This document shows positions 1-9,158 of a stretch of DNA of 15,193 nucleotides, piece after piece. The DNA comes from an uncultured Methanosarcinales archaeon (GTDB lineage Archaea; Nanobdellota; Nanobdellia; Woesearchaeales; CAZYIM01), in NCBI GenBank assembly GCA_964647565.1, contig CAZYIM010000047.1:1-15193 (forward strand), written 5' to 3'. Both the position numbers and the translations under genes were made by a program. The notes under the pieces are model-generated. The model was given only the letters and a program-made list of their open reading frames with translations. It searched no databases and was not told where the DNA came from. Numbering within the stretch: position 1 is the stretch's first letter; each line of letters starts with the position of its first letter.

Positions 1-1883
1 CTAAAGCTCCCACCATCACACTCTTCATCAGACTGGCAGGGAGTTCCTCCAAGCTCAGAACAACTAGCAGGAGGATCAGAAAGCCCCTTAATGTTACCGT
101 GATTATTCTTGAAAACAAATTTCACAGCATCAGCTATAACAACACCGTCAGCATCTTCTGCAGAAATCGTCACGCCTTGACCAGAACCAACATCAAAACT
201 ATAGACACCCAAACTATTCCATCTGCCAACACTAGAACCCTGATCAACAACCACAACATTCTCACCCCCAGCATGTTTCACAACATGATTTACATTAGAA
301 GCTTCATCCTTGCCAGAGACATCACCATGCCACTCAAAAACTTCATAATCACCAGCAATATTAATAGTTGGAGAAAAGACAGCCTTTGACTCTGCAGATT
401 CTGAATAAGCCAAAGCCCAGAAATCAGCATAATCCCTACATCCCTGGCACCATGCATCATCAATACCTTCACAGGTATCATGAATCCATTCACTGCTAAA
501 AACTGCTGAGGCACTACCAGGAGAAGTTATCTCCTCATCGTCATCAATAAATATATCAGAGACCATCACAGTCGGCTCTTTTGAAAGGAATATTGCATCA
601 CCATAATATCCATAACAAACAGCATTAGCACATTTCCCTTGCAGGTCAACACTTACAAAAGTGTCTCCGTTGTTAAAATCAGGATCCTGCCCTCCTAAGA
701 ACCTATAGTACGGCCCGTTATAACCCTCAATAGATCTGATATCTGAATCAGAAACAGAATTTGGTTTATGATCAACATTGACAATAACTGCTCCCTTATC
801 AAAGAACCTGACATAGGTCCCCTTATCGCCACTGCCTGTACCCTTAATCAACTGCATACGCGAAGTAGGCCAACCAAGATTCAATCCAAACTCGTCATAA
901 TAGAGGGTATAATGATGTTCATTGGATCTACCCCCATGAAATGATCCTCCTTTATCAGAAACTTCCCAATAGCCATATCCATATGCAGTCACACCTCCAT
1001 GAAACCTGGCAACAGGATAGTCTGTTCTATCTTTAAGGCTCTTTGCACCATAAAGGATAATGTGTGGCTCGGGTGCTGTCTTTTGAAAATTATCATACTG
1101 TTTTTTCAGGAAAAAAAACGAATACATCGGTCCGATTTGCTCCAGGAAAACACCATTGTGATGCTCCCATGCAAAATCATGGAACCTGCCTGAGTTAATA
1201 ATAAAGATCTTATCACCCAACTTACTCTTTAGCTTACTTGCAGCCTTATTGACTCCTGCAAGCCATTTTGATTCAAGCCACGCACGGCCGTGTTCATCCC
1301 AATCATTAACACCGTTGCGATCAAGATCCACTCCATTAGGATATTTATCAAGGTTACCCGTACCATAAGGATGGTCCCAGATACCCTGGCTCATAACTCC
1401 GTCAACAAAATCTAGATCAACAATTTCCAAAACCCTGTCAGGAATATACTCATTATATTTCATTCCCGAAGTCTCTGACTTTGTTGAGACAGGACAGTAA
1501 TCAGTTATATCTACCAAAGGTATTCCTGTTCCCTTAGCAGGATTCCCATAGATCAGAACGTTATTTCCGGCAGCATCCTTCACATTCCATTCAGGATGTC
1601 TGTCATCCTTAATCCATGTATTCCAGTCAGTCCTTGCATTAATGATTATGGTGTTTGGACTAATAGCCTTCAGGTCACGTGCAACACGAGTAGAAGATAA
1701 CTCAACTAGTTGAAACCTAGCGTACCAATCAGCAGGAGTATTCACACCTCTAGGAAAATGAAAAAGTCCTATTCTTGGATAGCAGTGTCCCTTGACAGGA
1801 TCCCAGCAGGAATCCGCCAGGGCAAGACATGGCAAAAACAGGAAAGATGTAAACAACAAGAAAAGTATCAGCCTCTTTTTCAT
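1..1883 (-). CDS. Secreted putative glycoside hydrolase (GHL15/GH168-like TIM barrel) with golvesin/xanthan-lyase CBM-like domain and start of a Cys-rich repeat; 3'-truncated by the window edge
   Basis: Not in the ORF track because it has no stop in the window. Manual translation from ATG 1883 is open for 627 codons: MKKRLILFLLFTSFLFLPCLALA (signal peptide), then CYPRIGLFHF, DFVDGVMSQGIW, NGVFLEQ, EHHYTLYYDEFGLNLGWPTS, YVRFFDKGAVIVN, GPYYRFLGGQDPDFNNG, INIAGDYEVFEWHG, GRWNSLGVYSF, VIADAVKFVF, CSELGGTPCQSDEECDGGSF. These blocks are colinear with the three paralogues at 6567-13721. Confidence 0.9.
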   Translation of the reverse strand, partial: MKKRLILFLLFTSFLFLPCLALADSCWDPVKGHCYPRIGLFHFPRGVNTPADWYARFQLVELSSTRVARDLKAISPNTIIINARTDWNTWIKDDRHPEWNVKDAAGNNVLIYGNPAKGTGIPLVDITDYCPVSTKSETSGMKYNEYIPDRVLEIVDLDFVDGVMSQGIWDHPYGTGNLDKYPNGVDLDRNGVNDWDEHGRAWLESKWLAGVNKAASKLKSKLGDKIFIINSGRFHDFAWEHHNGVFLEQIGPMYSFFFLKKQYDNFQKTAPEPHIILYGAKSLKDRTDYPVARFHGGVTAYGYGYWEVSDKGGSFHGGRSNEHHYTLYYDEFGLNLGWPTSRMQLIKGTGSGDKGTYVRFFDKGAVIVNVDHKPNSVSDSDIRSIEGYNGPYYRFLGGQDPDFNNGDTFVSVDLQGKCANAVCYGYYGDAIFLSKEPTVMVSDIFIDDDEEITSPGSASAVFSSEWIHDTCEGIDDAWCQGCRDYADFWALAYSESAESKAVFSPTINIAGDYEVFEWHGDVSGKDEASNVNHVVKHAGGENVVVVDQGSSVGRWNSLGVYSFDVGSGQGVTISAEDADGVVIADAVKFVFKNNHGNIKGLSDPPASCSELGGTPCQSDEECDGGSF

Positions 1884-1914
1884 TCCATTTCTTGAGAACT
1901 TATGATATTTAAAG
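1884..1914 (-). promoter_or_regulatory. Putative archaeal TATA promoter for a leaderless transcript
   Basis: 31-bp spacer ctttaaatatcataagttctcaagaaatgga. TTTAAATA lies at -30..-23 from ATG 1883 and is preceded by A-rich AAGAAACTATAA. No upstream SD. Confidence 0.65.
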
Positions 1915-2052
1915 TTATAGTTTCTTAATGATCAATAATAGATCCTGGACATCCACAGTTCCATCTCCATTCAGGTCATGCCGAGAAGTACCGAACGAAC
2001 TGACAAGAATAACAAGATCAGTAACATCAATAGCATTATCGAAATTCAAATC
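1915..2052 (-). repeat. Dockerin-like C-terminal module (copy 1 of 6)
   Basis: DLNFDNAIDVTDLVILVSSFGTSRHDLNGDGTVDVQDLLLIIKKL*: two DxNxDxxxDxxD Ca-loop plus helix repeats. Confidence 0.85.
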
Positions 2053-3426
2053 ATAATTAGCTGCTGCTGCAACTAAAGAATTCAGATATTCCTCAACATT
2101 TGTATATCCATCACCATCCCTATCTTGAGAGTTATCATCATAATTATTAGGATCCAAACCTTGTTGAATCTCCCAATCATCTGGCATCCCATCATGGTCT
2201 GAATCTTGAGCAGGCGTTCCTGGCAACAAGTTCGGCCAACCTCCGACTTCAGATGGATCGCTGATAAACTTTCCAGTCCCATCTTTCACTTCATTTATTA
2301 TCCGTTCGTCAACAGCATCCCTTTTTGGAAATGTCATTCCTGCCTCTGCCAGCACGTTTTCATACGCATCTTTAGCAGGATAAGTGGTAACTGGAGCTGA
2401 GGGTATAGGTGTGAAAGATCTGGAATAGTTAGGATGCAAACCGCCGCTTATATCACTGACCATACCTCCTTGATATTCCTTGCCATCAAGTGTAAAATTA
2501 ATACCTATCCATTCATCATCGCAGCCATCAGGACAGCTAGGCCCAACATTGTCCTTAGTATATAAGAGACGTCCTTCTTCAAACTGCTGGCGGATGATCT
2601 CCCTTCTTCTAGGATAGGTACCAGTATTTGGACCGATCTTGAAGTAATTCGCAATGACATTACCCTTACCACTACCCGCAACAGAGTGTGCATATCCGTG
2701 CCAGTTATATACCACGTTATTTACAAAATCAAAGTAAGCAATATTCCCCTCCAACTTCTCAGTATTGCCCTTCATCTTAGCGTTCCGCTCGCTGTTATGG
2801 GCATAAAGACTGTGATGTACAGAGACATTATGAGCTCCTGAACTGATCAAGGAACCCTTGCTGGAAGGAAGCAATCCCTCTGCAATAATGCTCCATTGAA
2901 TCGTAACATCATGAGATTTCTCAATAACACTTACAGTCTCATCAGTACCCCATGCAAAAGAGCAATGGTCAACAATCACATTATATGAGCTATGAAGAAT
3001 GTTAAGGCAATCCTGGTTATCCCGCCCAACACCCCTGAAACGGAGATATCTAATAACAACATCATGAGTTCTGCTTACTTCTGTTTCCCCATTGCCCTTG
3101 ATTGTTATCCCATCTCCAGGTGCTGTTTGTCCAGCAATAGTAATATATGGATGTGAAATGACAAGAGTAGACTCCAGCTCAATGGTTCCACCAACTCGAA
3201 AAACAACAATCCTTGGACCTTCAGTCTCAATTGCTGCACGCAGGCTTCCAGGTCCATTGTCGTTCAGGTTGGTGACTTCAATAACCTGGCCGCCCCTGCC
3301 TCCAATGGTATTAGCCCCAAAACCTTCTGCTCCTGGAAATGCTGGAATGGAAGATGTTCCTAATACCTGCCCCTGCAGAAGAATCAAGAAAAATATCAAT
3401 AAAGCAATCAAACACTTGTTTTTCAT
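1915..3426 (-). CDS. Secreted pectate lyase, family PL1 (PL1_2-like beta-helix), with Ca-binding acidic tail and C-terminal dockerin-like domain
   Basis: Signal peptide, followed by the hallmark PAFPGAEGFGANTIGGRGGQVIEVTNLNDNGPGSLRAA, GPRIVVFRVGGTI, ITIAGQTAPGDGI, VIVDHCSFAWGTDE, LYAHNSERN, DFVNNVVYNW, RDAVDERII and DSDHDGMPDDWE…DRDGDGYTNVEEYLNSL. Dockerin-like last 45 aa. Confidence 0.92.
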   Translation of the reverse strand: MKNKCLIALLIFFLILLQGQVLGTSSIPAFPGAEGFGANTIGGRGGQVIEVTNLNDNGPGSLRAAIETEGPRIVVFRVGGTIELESTLVISHPYITIAGQTAPGDGITIKGNGETEVSRTHDVVIRYLRFRGVGRDNQDCLNILHSSYNVIVDHCSFAWGTDETVSVIEKSHDVTIQWSIIAEGLLPSSKGSLISSGAHNVSVHHSLYAHNSERNAKMKGNTEKLEGNIAYFDFVNNVVYNWHGYAHSVAGSGKGNVIANYFKIGPNTGTYPRRREIIRQQFEEGRLLYTKDNVGPSCPDGCDDEWIGINFTLDGKEYQGGMVSDISGGLHPNYSRSFTPIPSAPVTTYPAKDAYENVLAEAGMTFPKRDAVDERIINEVKDGTGKFISDPSEVGGWPNLLPGTPAQDSDHDGMPDDWEIQQGLDPNNYDDNSQDRDGDGYTNVEEYLNSLVAAAANYDLNFDNAIDVTDLVILVSSFGTSRHDLNGDGTVDVQDLLLIIKKL

Positions 3427-3457
3427 AAAATAATCTTAGAACTCCTGATATAAAAAT
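3427..3457 (-). promoter_or_regulatory. Putative archaeal TATA promoter
   Basis: 31-bp spacer atttttatatcaggagttctaagattatttt, with TTTTTATA at -30..-23 from ATG 3426. Confidence 0.65.
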
Positions 3458-3595
3458 TTATAGTTTTTTCACAATAACCAACAGATCCTTAACATCCACT
3501 TTACCATCACCAGTCAAATCATGCTGGGAACTACCAAAAGCTTTAATCAATATCACCAAGTCAAAAATATCAACAACATCATCAGAATTCAGATC
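3458..3595 (-). repeat. Dockerin-like C-terminal module (copy 2 of 6)
   Basis: DLNSDDVVDIFDLVILIKAFGSSQHDLTGDGKVDVKDLLVIVKKL*. Confidence 0.85.
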
Positions 3596-6535
3596 AGCAG
3601 GATCAGAGGTTTGTTTTTTCACAATTTTAATTGCAGATATCTTAGGGTAATCCTTACCAGGATGTTCAACAAAATCAATATTGATCTCATTGTCAGAAAC
3701 ACCCACCTCATATGTTCTTGAAAAAGCCTTCAGATAGCCAACTATTTGATATATGTCAAAGCCAGCTAATACCGTCTTTCCTTCAATCTTCATATCGAAC
3801 ACTCTTAAACCTTTAGATTGTATTCCTTCAAAAACCTCAGAGAAATAAAGGTCGACCTGATAGTCACCATTCTCAACAGTGAACCTGTACGAATCAAGAT
3901 CATATCTTTCAGCCTGATGTAATGGTTGATCTATAGTATCCTGGATAGTAATACCAGGCCTGACCAATGCAGTGCCCCCAGCATAACCCCAGTCACCATT
4001 AAAGGCCTGGTCTGCAAACCAAATATCACCTTTACTATCAACATACTCAGCACCCCCTGCATTCACCCGAATAACAGACCAATTTGAAGGTGGTTGAACA
4101 GCAGGACAGTTGTCATTAGAAACATCAGCACAAGCACAACTAGAATCATAAGTACCAGGACAGTTTTGACTTGTAGTACAAGAACCACCAACAGTACAAC
4201 CAGGATCAGCAGGACAGCTGTCGCCGGCAATGTCAATACAATTGCAGTTAGCATCATACTTTCCTGGACAACTCTGTGAAGTAGTGCACGGGTTTCCTGC
4301 TGTACAGCTAAGCGGCGGTGCAACTGCTCCATCCTCAACAGATTCATCATTGTGACCGACCCAGGCCTTCTCCAGCACATAACCTCCTAAGCCAGGTTTT
4401 GCAATGAACTCAAGCTTGCGATAGACTCTCAATCTGAACCTGATCTCTGTACTGGAACCTTTTGCAGTCAGTGTAATACTGTCTAAAGAAGAATCAGTAC
4501 CTTTTATGAGCTTAAACGGAACAGTAATCGCATAATTATGATATGTTGCTTCTGATGGAAATATTGCATAATCTGAAAAAGGATTGTATACGCCATGCGC
4601 ATAATCAGGGGGAATCTTATCTTCCCTGTGCGGGTTTCTTAACGAGAACCTAAAGCTGTCAGGCTTGGCTTGATACATCACATAAGCAGGAAGGTTAGAG
4701 CTAATCTCGGGCATACCTTCCTGGCCAAAGAAAGCTGCAGCTACAACCTTGTTCTTCTTCTCCTCTACAGCATGTACATTGGAATTGAACTTTATGATCC
4801 TAACATCAGGGTTTTGAGAATAACTTGTTGTTTTTGACAGGGCTTGGCTTGGAAGCAGGACCAGGGCAGCATCCTCTTTGGATTCTGAATAAATCCTTGC
4901 AAAATTACCAGGCACATGGTCTGGATAAGCTGTCTGCCCAAGACCTTCAGCTAAAAAACTCTTTTGGATCAGGAAAACATAGCCAGTGTTGTCATGATAG
5001 AGCCAGTCCAGCTGTCCTAGGTTCTGGACCTGATCTTTGTTTGTAGGCACTGTTATGCTGCCGCTGCTTGAGGCAAAACTTGTATCCTTAACCTTAAAGC
5101 TGTTGATCCAGGTCCTAACATCGCCAGATATATCACTTGTCAAAGAGACTATCTCATCATCAAAGAAAAACCAGGATTTCTTGAAGGCAAAATTGCTGTT
5201 GTCAATGTTCTCCCCACCCATGCCCCAGTAGCCAGCTAATGTATCTGTATTGCAGAAGCACCAGTTCTTCTCAACCATGTTGTCAAGGCCGCCAGGACGT
5301 GCTGATGTTCGAATGTTAGGATGACAGGCATTAATCTCATAACTCTTAGGTACAGTCATCAGATTCAAAAGCCTGAAAGGAGTCTGGACAATCTCATTAT
5401 TCATATATTTGTCAGATATTTCCGTATGTTGGTCTCTTCCAAACCACCTGTCAACAGTATTTTGAGTGAGGATATTGACTGCTCCAAACGTGATATCAAA
5501 AGGTGTGATCTCTCCACCAGGTTCGATATGATTGACCATCCTTAGGCTGACAAAGAAGTTAGGTCTTCTTACAGCAATATAGTTGCTCATAGGAAATGAC
5601 ATTGCACCAAAGGGCTCTGCCTTCTTATCCCTAAGAGCTTCAAGCTCTGACCTCCAACCCGAGAATTTATCAGGATAACTGGTAGGCAATAGATATCTAT
5701 CGGCATAACCTCTTGCCCCTGAGATATAGCTGTTCCTAATATAAGGCATTTTAGAGCCTAGATAAGGATCAAGATATCCTAGATAATTCACCCACCTTAT
5801 GAAGTTATGGTTCCAGAGATAGAAGGTTTCGATTGCAGATGATCCATCACGGCACTTATTGATGTTATCGATAGCAAAGGGAGTATCAGCTGAGAAAAAC
5901 AGATACTTGGCGAAAAGCCCGTAAAGCTCAACACCATAAGCGTGCATGTTTGGAACAGCCCAATGGGTGAAGTAGCTCCAGTCATACTGAATCCCGGCAC
6001 TGCCCTTTCCAGCCCATGTGTAAGGGATGGCTCTGCAAGCAGCCTTTTCTGCAATCATATCCATGCCTTCTTCAACAAAACCAACATCATTCAGGACTAC
6101 GCCTCCCATCATCCTGGCAACAGCAACCCAGATTCCGTTGGCGCCAGTATTACCTTCACCTTGACGGTTAATATGGCATCTCAGCATATCATTATCAATA
6201 GTCTCACCACTAAGAGCGTTGTAAGCCATCAGTTGAGGACATTGCACCTGGTCAGCGATCCAGTTATACCAGCAGGGATTCGATTTTTTCACTAATTTGT
6301 CACCTTCCCTTTTTTCAATGACAGGACAATCGCTATCAGAACTGCAGTGTATTAACTCTTTTTCTTGGTTATAAGAATAGGTACAGTATTTAAGAGGACA
6401 CTGCCCGCAAACATCACTCCTATATCTGCCAAAGAACGTGAACTCATCCCTATATGCATCTATGTCGCTCTGGCTGACTGAAGCAACAAGAGGAAATACC
6501 AGAAATAAAATAATCAACAATAACCTCTTTTTCAT
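3458..6535 (-). CDS. Secreted divergent polysaccharide lyase family 8-like protein with two Cys-rich repeats, malectin (CBM57-like) domain and dockerin-like domain
   Basis: Signal peptide. PL8-type motifs NTGANGIW, GIQYDWSYFTH…YG, KKSWFFFDDEIVSL and WLYHDNTGYVF. Malectin motifs VIRVNAGGAEYVDSKGDIWFADQ, ERY, YQVDLYFSE, RVFDMKIEG and ISAIKI at about 3620-4075. Dockerin-like end. Confidence 0.8.
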   Translation of the reverse strand: MKKRLLLIILFLVFPLVASVSQSDIDAYRDEFTFFGRYRSDVCGQCPLKYCTYSYNQEKELIHCSSDSDCPVIEKREGDKLVKKSNPCWYNWIADQVQCPQLMAYNALSGETIDNDMLRCHINRQGEGNTGANGIWVAVARMMGGVVLNDVGFVEEGMDMIAEKAACRAIPYTWAGKGSAGIQYDWSYFTHWAVPNMHAYGVELYGLFAKYLFFSADTPFAIDNINKCRDGSSAIETFYLWNHNFIRWVNYLGYLDPYLGSKMPYIRNSYISGARGYADRYLLPTSYPDKFSGWRSELEALRDKKAEPFGAMSFPMSNYIAVRRPNFFVSLRMVNHIEPGGEITPFDITFGAVNILTQNTVDRWFGRDQHTEISDKYMNNEIVQTPFRLLNLMTVPKSYEINACHPNIRTSARPGGLDNMVEKNWCFCNTDTLAGYWGMGGENIDNSNFAFKKSWFFFDDEIVSLTSDISGDVRTWINSFKVKDTSFASSSGSITVPTNKDQVQNLGQLDWLYHDNTGYVFLIQKSFLAEGLGQTAYPDHVPGNFARIYSESKEDAALVLLPSQALSKTTSYSQNPDVRIIKFNSNVHAVEEKKNKVVAAAFFGQEGMPEISSNLPAYVMYQAKPDSFRFSLRNPHREDKIPPDYAHGVYNPFSDYAIFPSEATYHNYAITVPFKLIKGTDSSLDSITLTAKGSSTEIRFRLRVYRKLEFIAKPGLGGYVLEKAWVGHNDESVEDGAVAPPLSCTAGNPCTTSQSCPGKYDANCNCIDIAGDSCPADPGCTVGGSCTTSQNCPGTYDSSCACADVSNDNCPAVQPPSNWSVIRVNAGGAEYVDSKGDIWFADQAFNGDWGYAGGTALVRPGITIQDTIDQPLHQAERYDLDSYRFTVENGDYQVDLYFSEVFEGIQSKGLRVFDMKIEGKTVLAGFDIYQIVGYLKAFSRTYEVGVSDNEINIDFVEHPGKDYPKISAIKIVKKQTSDPADLNSDDVVDIFDLVILIKAFGSSQHDLTGDGKVDVKDLLVIVKKL
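4103..4306 (-). repeat. Two tandem six-Cys repeats (108-bp period) in the PL8-like gene
   Basis: CTAGNPCTTSQSCPGKYDANCNCIDIAGDSCP (4211-4306) and CTVGGSCTTSQNCPGTYDSSCACADVSNDNCP (4103-4198). Confidence 0.9.
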
Positions 6536-6566
6536 ATTCTTTTCTTAGAATAAATGATATTTAAAG
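6536..6566 (-). promoter_or_regulatory. Putative archaeal TATA promoter
   Basis: 31-bp spacer ctttaaatatcatttattctaagaaaagaat. The first 13 nt are identical to the 1884-1914 spacer; TTTAAATA at -30..-23. Confidence 0.65.
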
Positions 6567-6704
6567 TTATAGTTTTTTTACAATAACAAGTAGGTCCTTG
6601 ACATCTACTTTACCATCCCCTCTCAAGTCATACTGCGATGTGCCAAAAGCCCTGACTAGCAAGATAAGATCTGCAATATCAACAGCACCATCCTGATTAA
6701 TATC
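6567..6704 (-). repeat. Dockerin-like C-terminal module (copy 3 of 6)
   Basis: DINQDGAVDIADLILLVRAFGTSQYDLRGDGKVDVKDLLVIVKKL*. Confidence 0.85.
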
Positions 6705-9077
6705 TCCTAACAAATCTGATTCTTTGACTGCTATTGCAGCAGTCCTTACGTAGTATCCTCTGGTTGTGCCCCCGAGGTCTGAATCAAACCTGAACTCAAT
6801 TGTATTACTTCCAGAAATTAGATCTGAAACTGGTACTTCATGGCAGAATTGTATTGCTATTGAATCTCCTGTCGCAAGAATTGGAGTCCATGCGCCTGAA
6901 TTAACCCTAAAGCTAGCTTCCTGGCCAGAGTCAACATCAAATACTGTAAACTTAACAAAAGCTGATTCCACTGATGTAGGTTCAATACCTGCCACTATAC
7001 AAGACCTGGCGGTTCCAACAGGCATACTCATATTCAATGGCATAGGAACACATTCAAAAGTCCTATTAAATGCTGAAAACTCTTGACAATTACTACTTGA
7101 AGTATCTTTACAGGTTCCACCAACACAACAAAGGTTTCCATGATCAGAAGAAGAGACAAAATTACCACCTTCACAGATCTGGCCAGACGAACATGGAGAT
7201 CCTCCCTTACCAGAAGAGCATGTGTTATCTCCCCCACCACCATTACCACCATCACTATCTTTACATTCTGAACCGCCGACACAGCACCAACTGCCATGAT
7301 CAGAAGAATACTGGAAGCTGCCGCCTTCACAACTCTGGCCTGCTTCGCAGGGAAATCCGCCCAATGAAGAGCAGGGTTGGCTTGCAGGAGGCTGATAGTT
7401 AGAGCTGCCTGTAAAGACAAACTTGATAGCATCTGAAATCACATAACCATTGGCATTATTATTCAACTCAACAAAACCTGTCTTGCCTTTGTTAAAAGTA
7501 TACTTGCCAAGAGAATTCCATCTGGCAACATTCCTGGTCTGATCAAGGGTACCTGTCTTGGTGCCTCCAGCATGCACAATCTTATAAGGTACATTTGATG
7601 CAGGAGTCTTGTCTTCCAACTCTCCATGCCACTCAAAAACCTCATACTCACCTGGCACATTTATCTCTGGTTTGTATGTTGCCTTATTCTCACCGCTGCC
7701 AGCATTCGACATTGCAAACCCCGAACCAAATCTGTCCCAACTAATTCGCGATGCATAATATTTGTCTCCTATGATTTCTATAGTACAGCTATTGCTTGCA
7801 CACTTGTTTGCCTGCTTCCAATTTCCAGTATATCTTGCAGGATCTTGTCCAATTGTGTTCATATTATAAAGCACATTATCAATTACTATATCAGTCACAA
7901 GAGTAGTTGGCTCTTTGAAAAGCATGATTCCGTCAATAGGCTCGAGTGTTATTGGATGTTGACTATCCACTTCCTCACCGTTATTGAATTCAGGTTCTTG
8001 ATTTCCCCTGAACCTATAGTAGGGTCCTCCTTCCAAGTCTGATGCAAGGATGGTTTTGCCTATGCTGTCTATGTTAGCAATCAACACACCCTTGTCATAG
8101 TATCTCACATAAGTGTTTTTAACTTTCTTTATGCCGGTTGTAGGATAACCTAGGTCTGCATGATACTCATCATGCATGAAAGTATAACGATGAGCTGCGG
8201 TTCCTTCGTCATGTCCAAAAAATGCACCTGCAATTTGAGCTGAAGTGAAGTCACCTCTAAAGATTGCTCCAGTATAAGTTCCACTATCTTGATTTGTCAC
8301 AACAAAACTCCCAACATGACTATTTGCATAGACAACTCTTGGTTCAACAGCGTCCCTATATAATTGCTGAACCGCATTGAAATTATGGATTCTAGATGAA
8401 AGTGTAGGCTGTGTCCAAAACTCAAATGCATTCCCATTCAGATAACTCTCTCCAGATTCGTGAGCCAACACTAGTTTATCTGGTTTATGCAGTCTGAAAT
8501 TTTTCACCAAAACCTTCTTGCCATTATCAAATTCACCAGGAGTAATACTAATCTCCCGCCATCGACTCATCCAAAGAAGTGATCCCCAAGTATCAAATAA
8601 TAGTCCATCAAAATGATCCCAATCATAGTTTTCAGCCAGAACCTGTGGCAAAAATTCATTGAACTTTTGTGGTCCATAGCCCATATTATGGACTGGACAG
8701 CTGTCAGCAATGTTCATAACCTCAGCACCCCATGCTTTGACTCTGTTACCGTCTTCTAAATGCAGATACCATTTTTCTGGAGGACTACCCTCCATGAACT
8801 TTTCAAGATCTTTTGTCCACGAAATATCCCCATTTGCAGCCAAAATAATGGCATCCTGATTTTTTTCTTTAATTTTTCTTGCATCACTTGCATATTGCCC
8901 ACGAATTACGACCAAGTCATGATTTTTCCAAATGTCTGTTACTTCCCCCGCAGAATAGAAAGTGACCTGCCCAATCCTAGGATACGGCGGATCAAGGTTA
9001 GGTGTAGCCTGGGCTGTCAATGAAATTAGAACAAATAAGAATAAAAGAATAATATACTTCTCTTTGAAAAATTTCAT
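6567..9077 (-). CDS. Secreted putative glycoside hydrolase (GHL15/GH168-like) with golvesin-like CBM, two Cys-rich repeats, beta-sandwich domain and dockerin-like domain
   Basis: The ORF track gives 6567..9134. A start at 9077 (MKFFKEKYIILLFLFVLISLTAQA) gives a canonical signal peptide. Motifs YPRIG, FDGLLFDTW, NGNAFEFW, HDEYHADLGYPT, YVRYYDKGVLIAN, IVIDN, PGEYEVFEWHG, WNSLGKYTF and VISDAIKFV. Start codon uncertain. Confidence 0.8.
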   Translation of the reverse strand: MKFFKEKYIILLFLFVLISLTAQATPNLDPPYPRIGQVTFYSAGEVTDIWKNHDLVVIRGQYASDARKIKEKNQDAIILAANGDISWTKDLEKFMEGSPPEKWYLHLEDGNRVKAWGAEVMNIADSCPVHNMGYGPQKFNEFLPQVLAENYDWDHFDGLLFDTWGSLLWMSRWREISITPGEFDNGKKVLVKNFRLHKPDKLVLAHESGESYLNGNAFEFWTQPTLSSRIHNFNAVQQLYRDAVEPRVVYANSHVGSFVVTNQDSGTYTGAIFRGDFTSAQIAGAFFGHDEGTAAHRYTFMHDEYHADLGYPTTGIKKVKNTYVRYYDKGVLIANIDSIGKTILASDLEGGPYYRFRGNQEPEFNNGEEVDSQHPITLEPIDGIMLFKEPTTLVTDIVIDNVLYNMNTIGQDPARYTGNWKQANKCASNSCTIEIIGDKYYASRISWDRFGSGFAMSNAGSGENKATYKPEINVPGEYEVFEWHGELEDKTPASNVPYKIVHAGGTKTGTLDQTRNVARWNSLGKYTFNKGKTGFVELNNNANGYVISDAIKFVFTGSSNYQPPASQPCSSLGGFPCEAGQSCEGGSFQYSSDHGSWCCVGGSECKDSDGGNGGGGDNTCSSGKGGSPCSSGQICEGGNFVSSSDHGNLCCVGGTCKDTSSSNCQEFSAFNRTFECVPMPLNMSMPVGTARSCIVAGIEPTSVESAFVKFTVFDVDSGQEASFRVNSGAWTPILATGDSIAIQFCHEVPVSDLISGSNTIEFRFDSDLGGTTRGYYVRTAAIAVKESDLLGDINQDGAVDIADLILLVRAFGTSQYDLRGDGKVDVKDLLVIVKKL
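7246..7728. repeat. 483-bp near-identical direct repeat, copy A
   Basis: Matches 9914-10396 (offset 2668). By eye 7246-7691 is identical, with mismatches only at 7692 and 7697. Confidence 0.95.
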
Positions 9078-9158
9078 TTTGTCCATGAGCTCTTGAGGAA
9101 AAAATTTGCTTGCCTGGTACGCCTGAAACGTCATATGTTCCTAAGCGTCCCAGAAATC

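Noticed and set aside
1100..1118. Adjacent T6/A8 homopolymers as a frameshift or phase-variation site
   Set aside because: The reading frame is intact across them (YSFFFLKKQ), and such runs are common in AT-rich DNA.
1880..1888. Mini-ORF ATG GAA TGA overlapping the start at 1883
   Set aside because: Two codons long and not repeated at other junctions, so likely chance.
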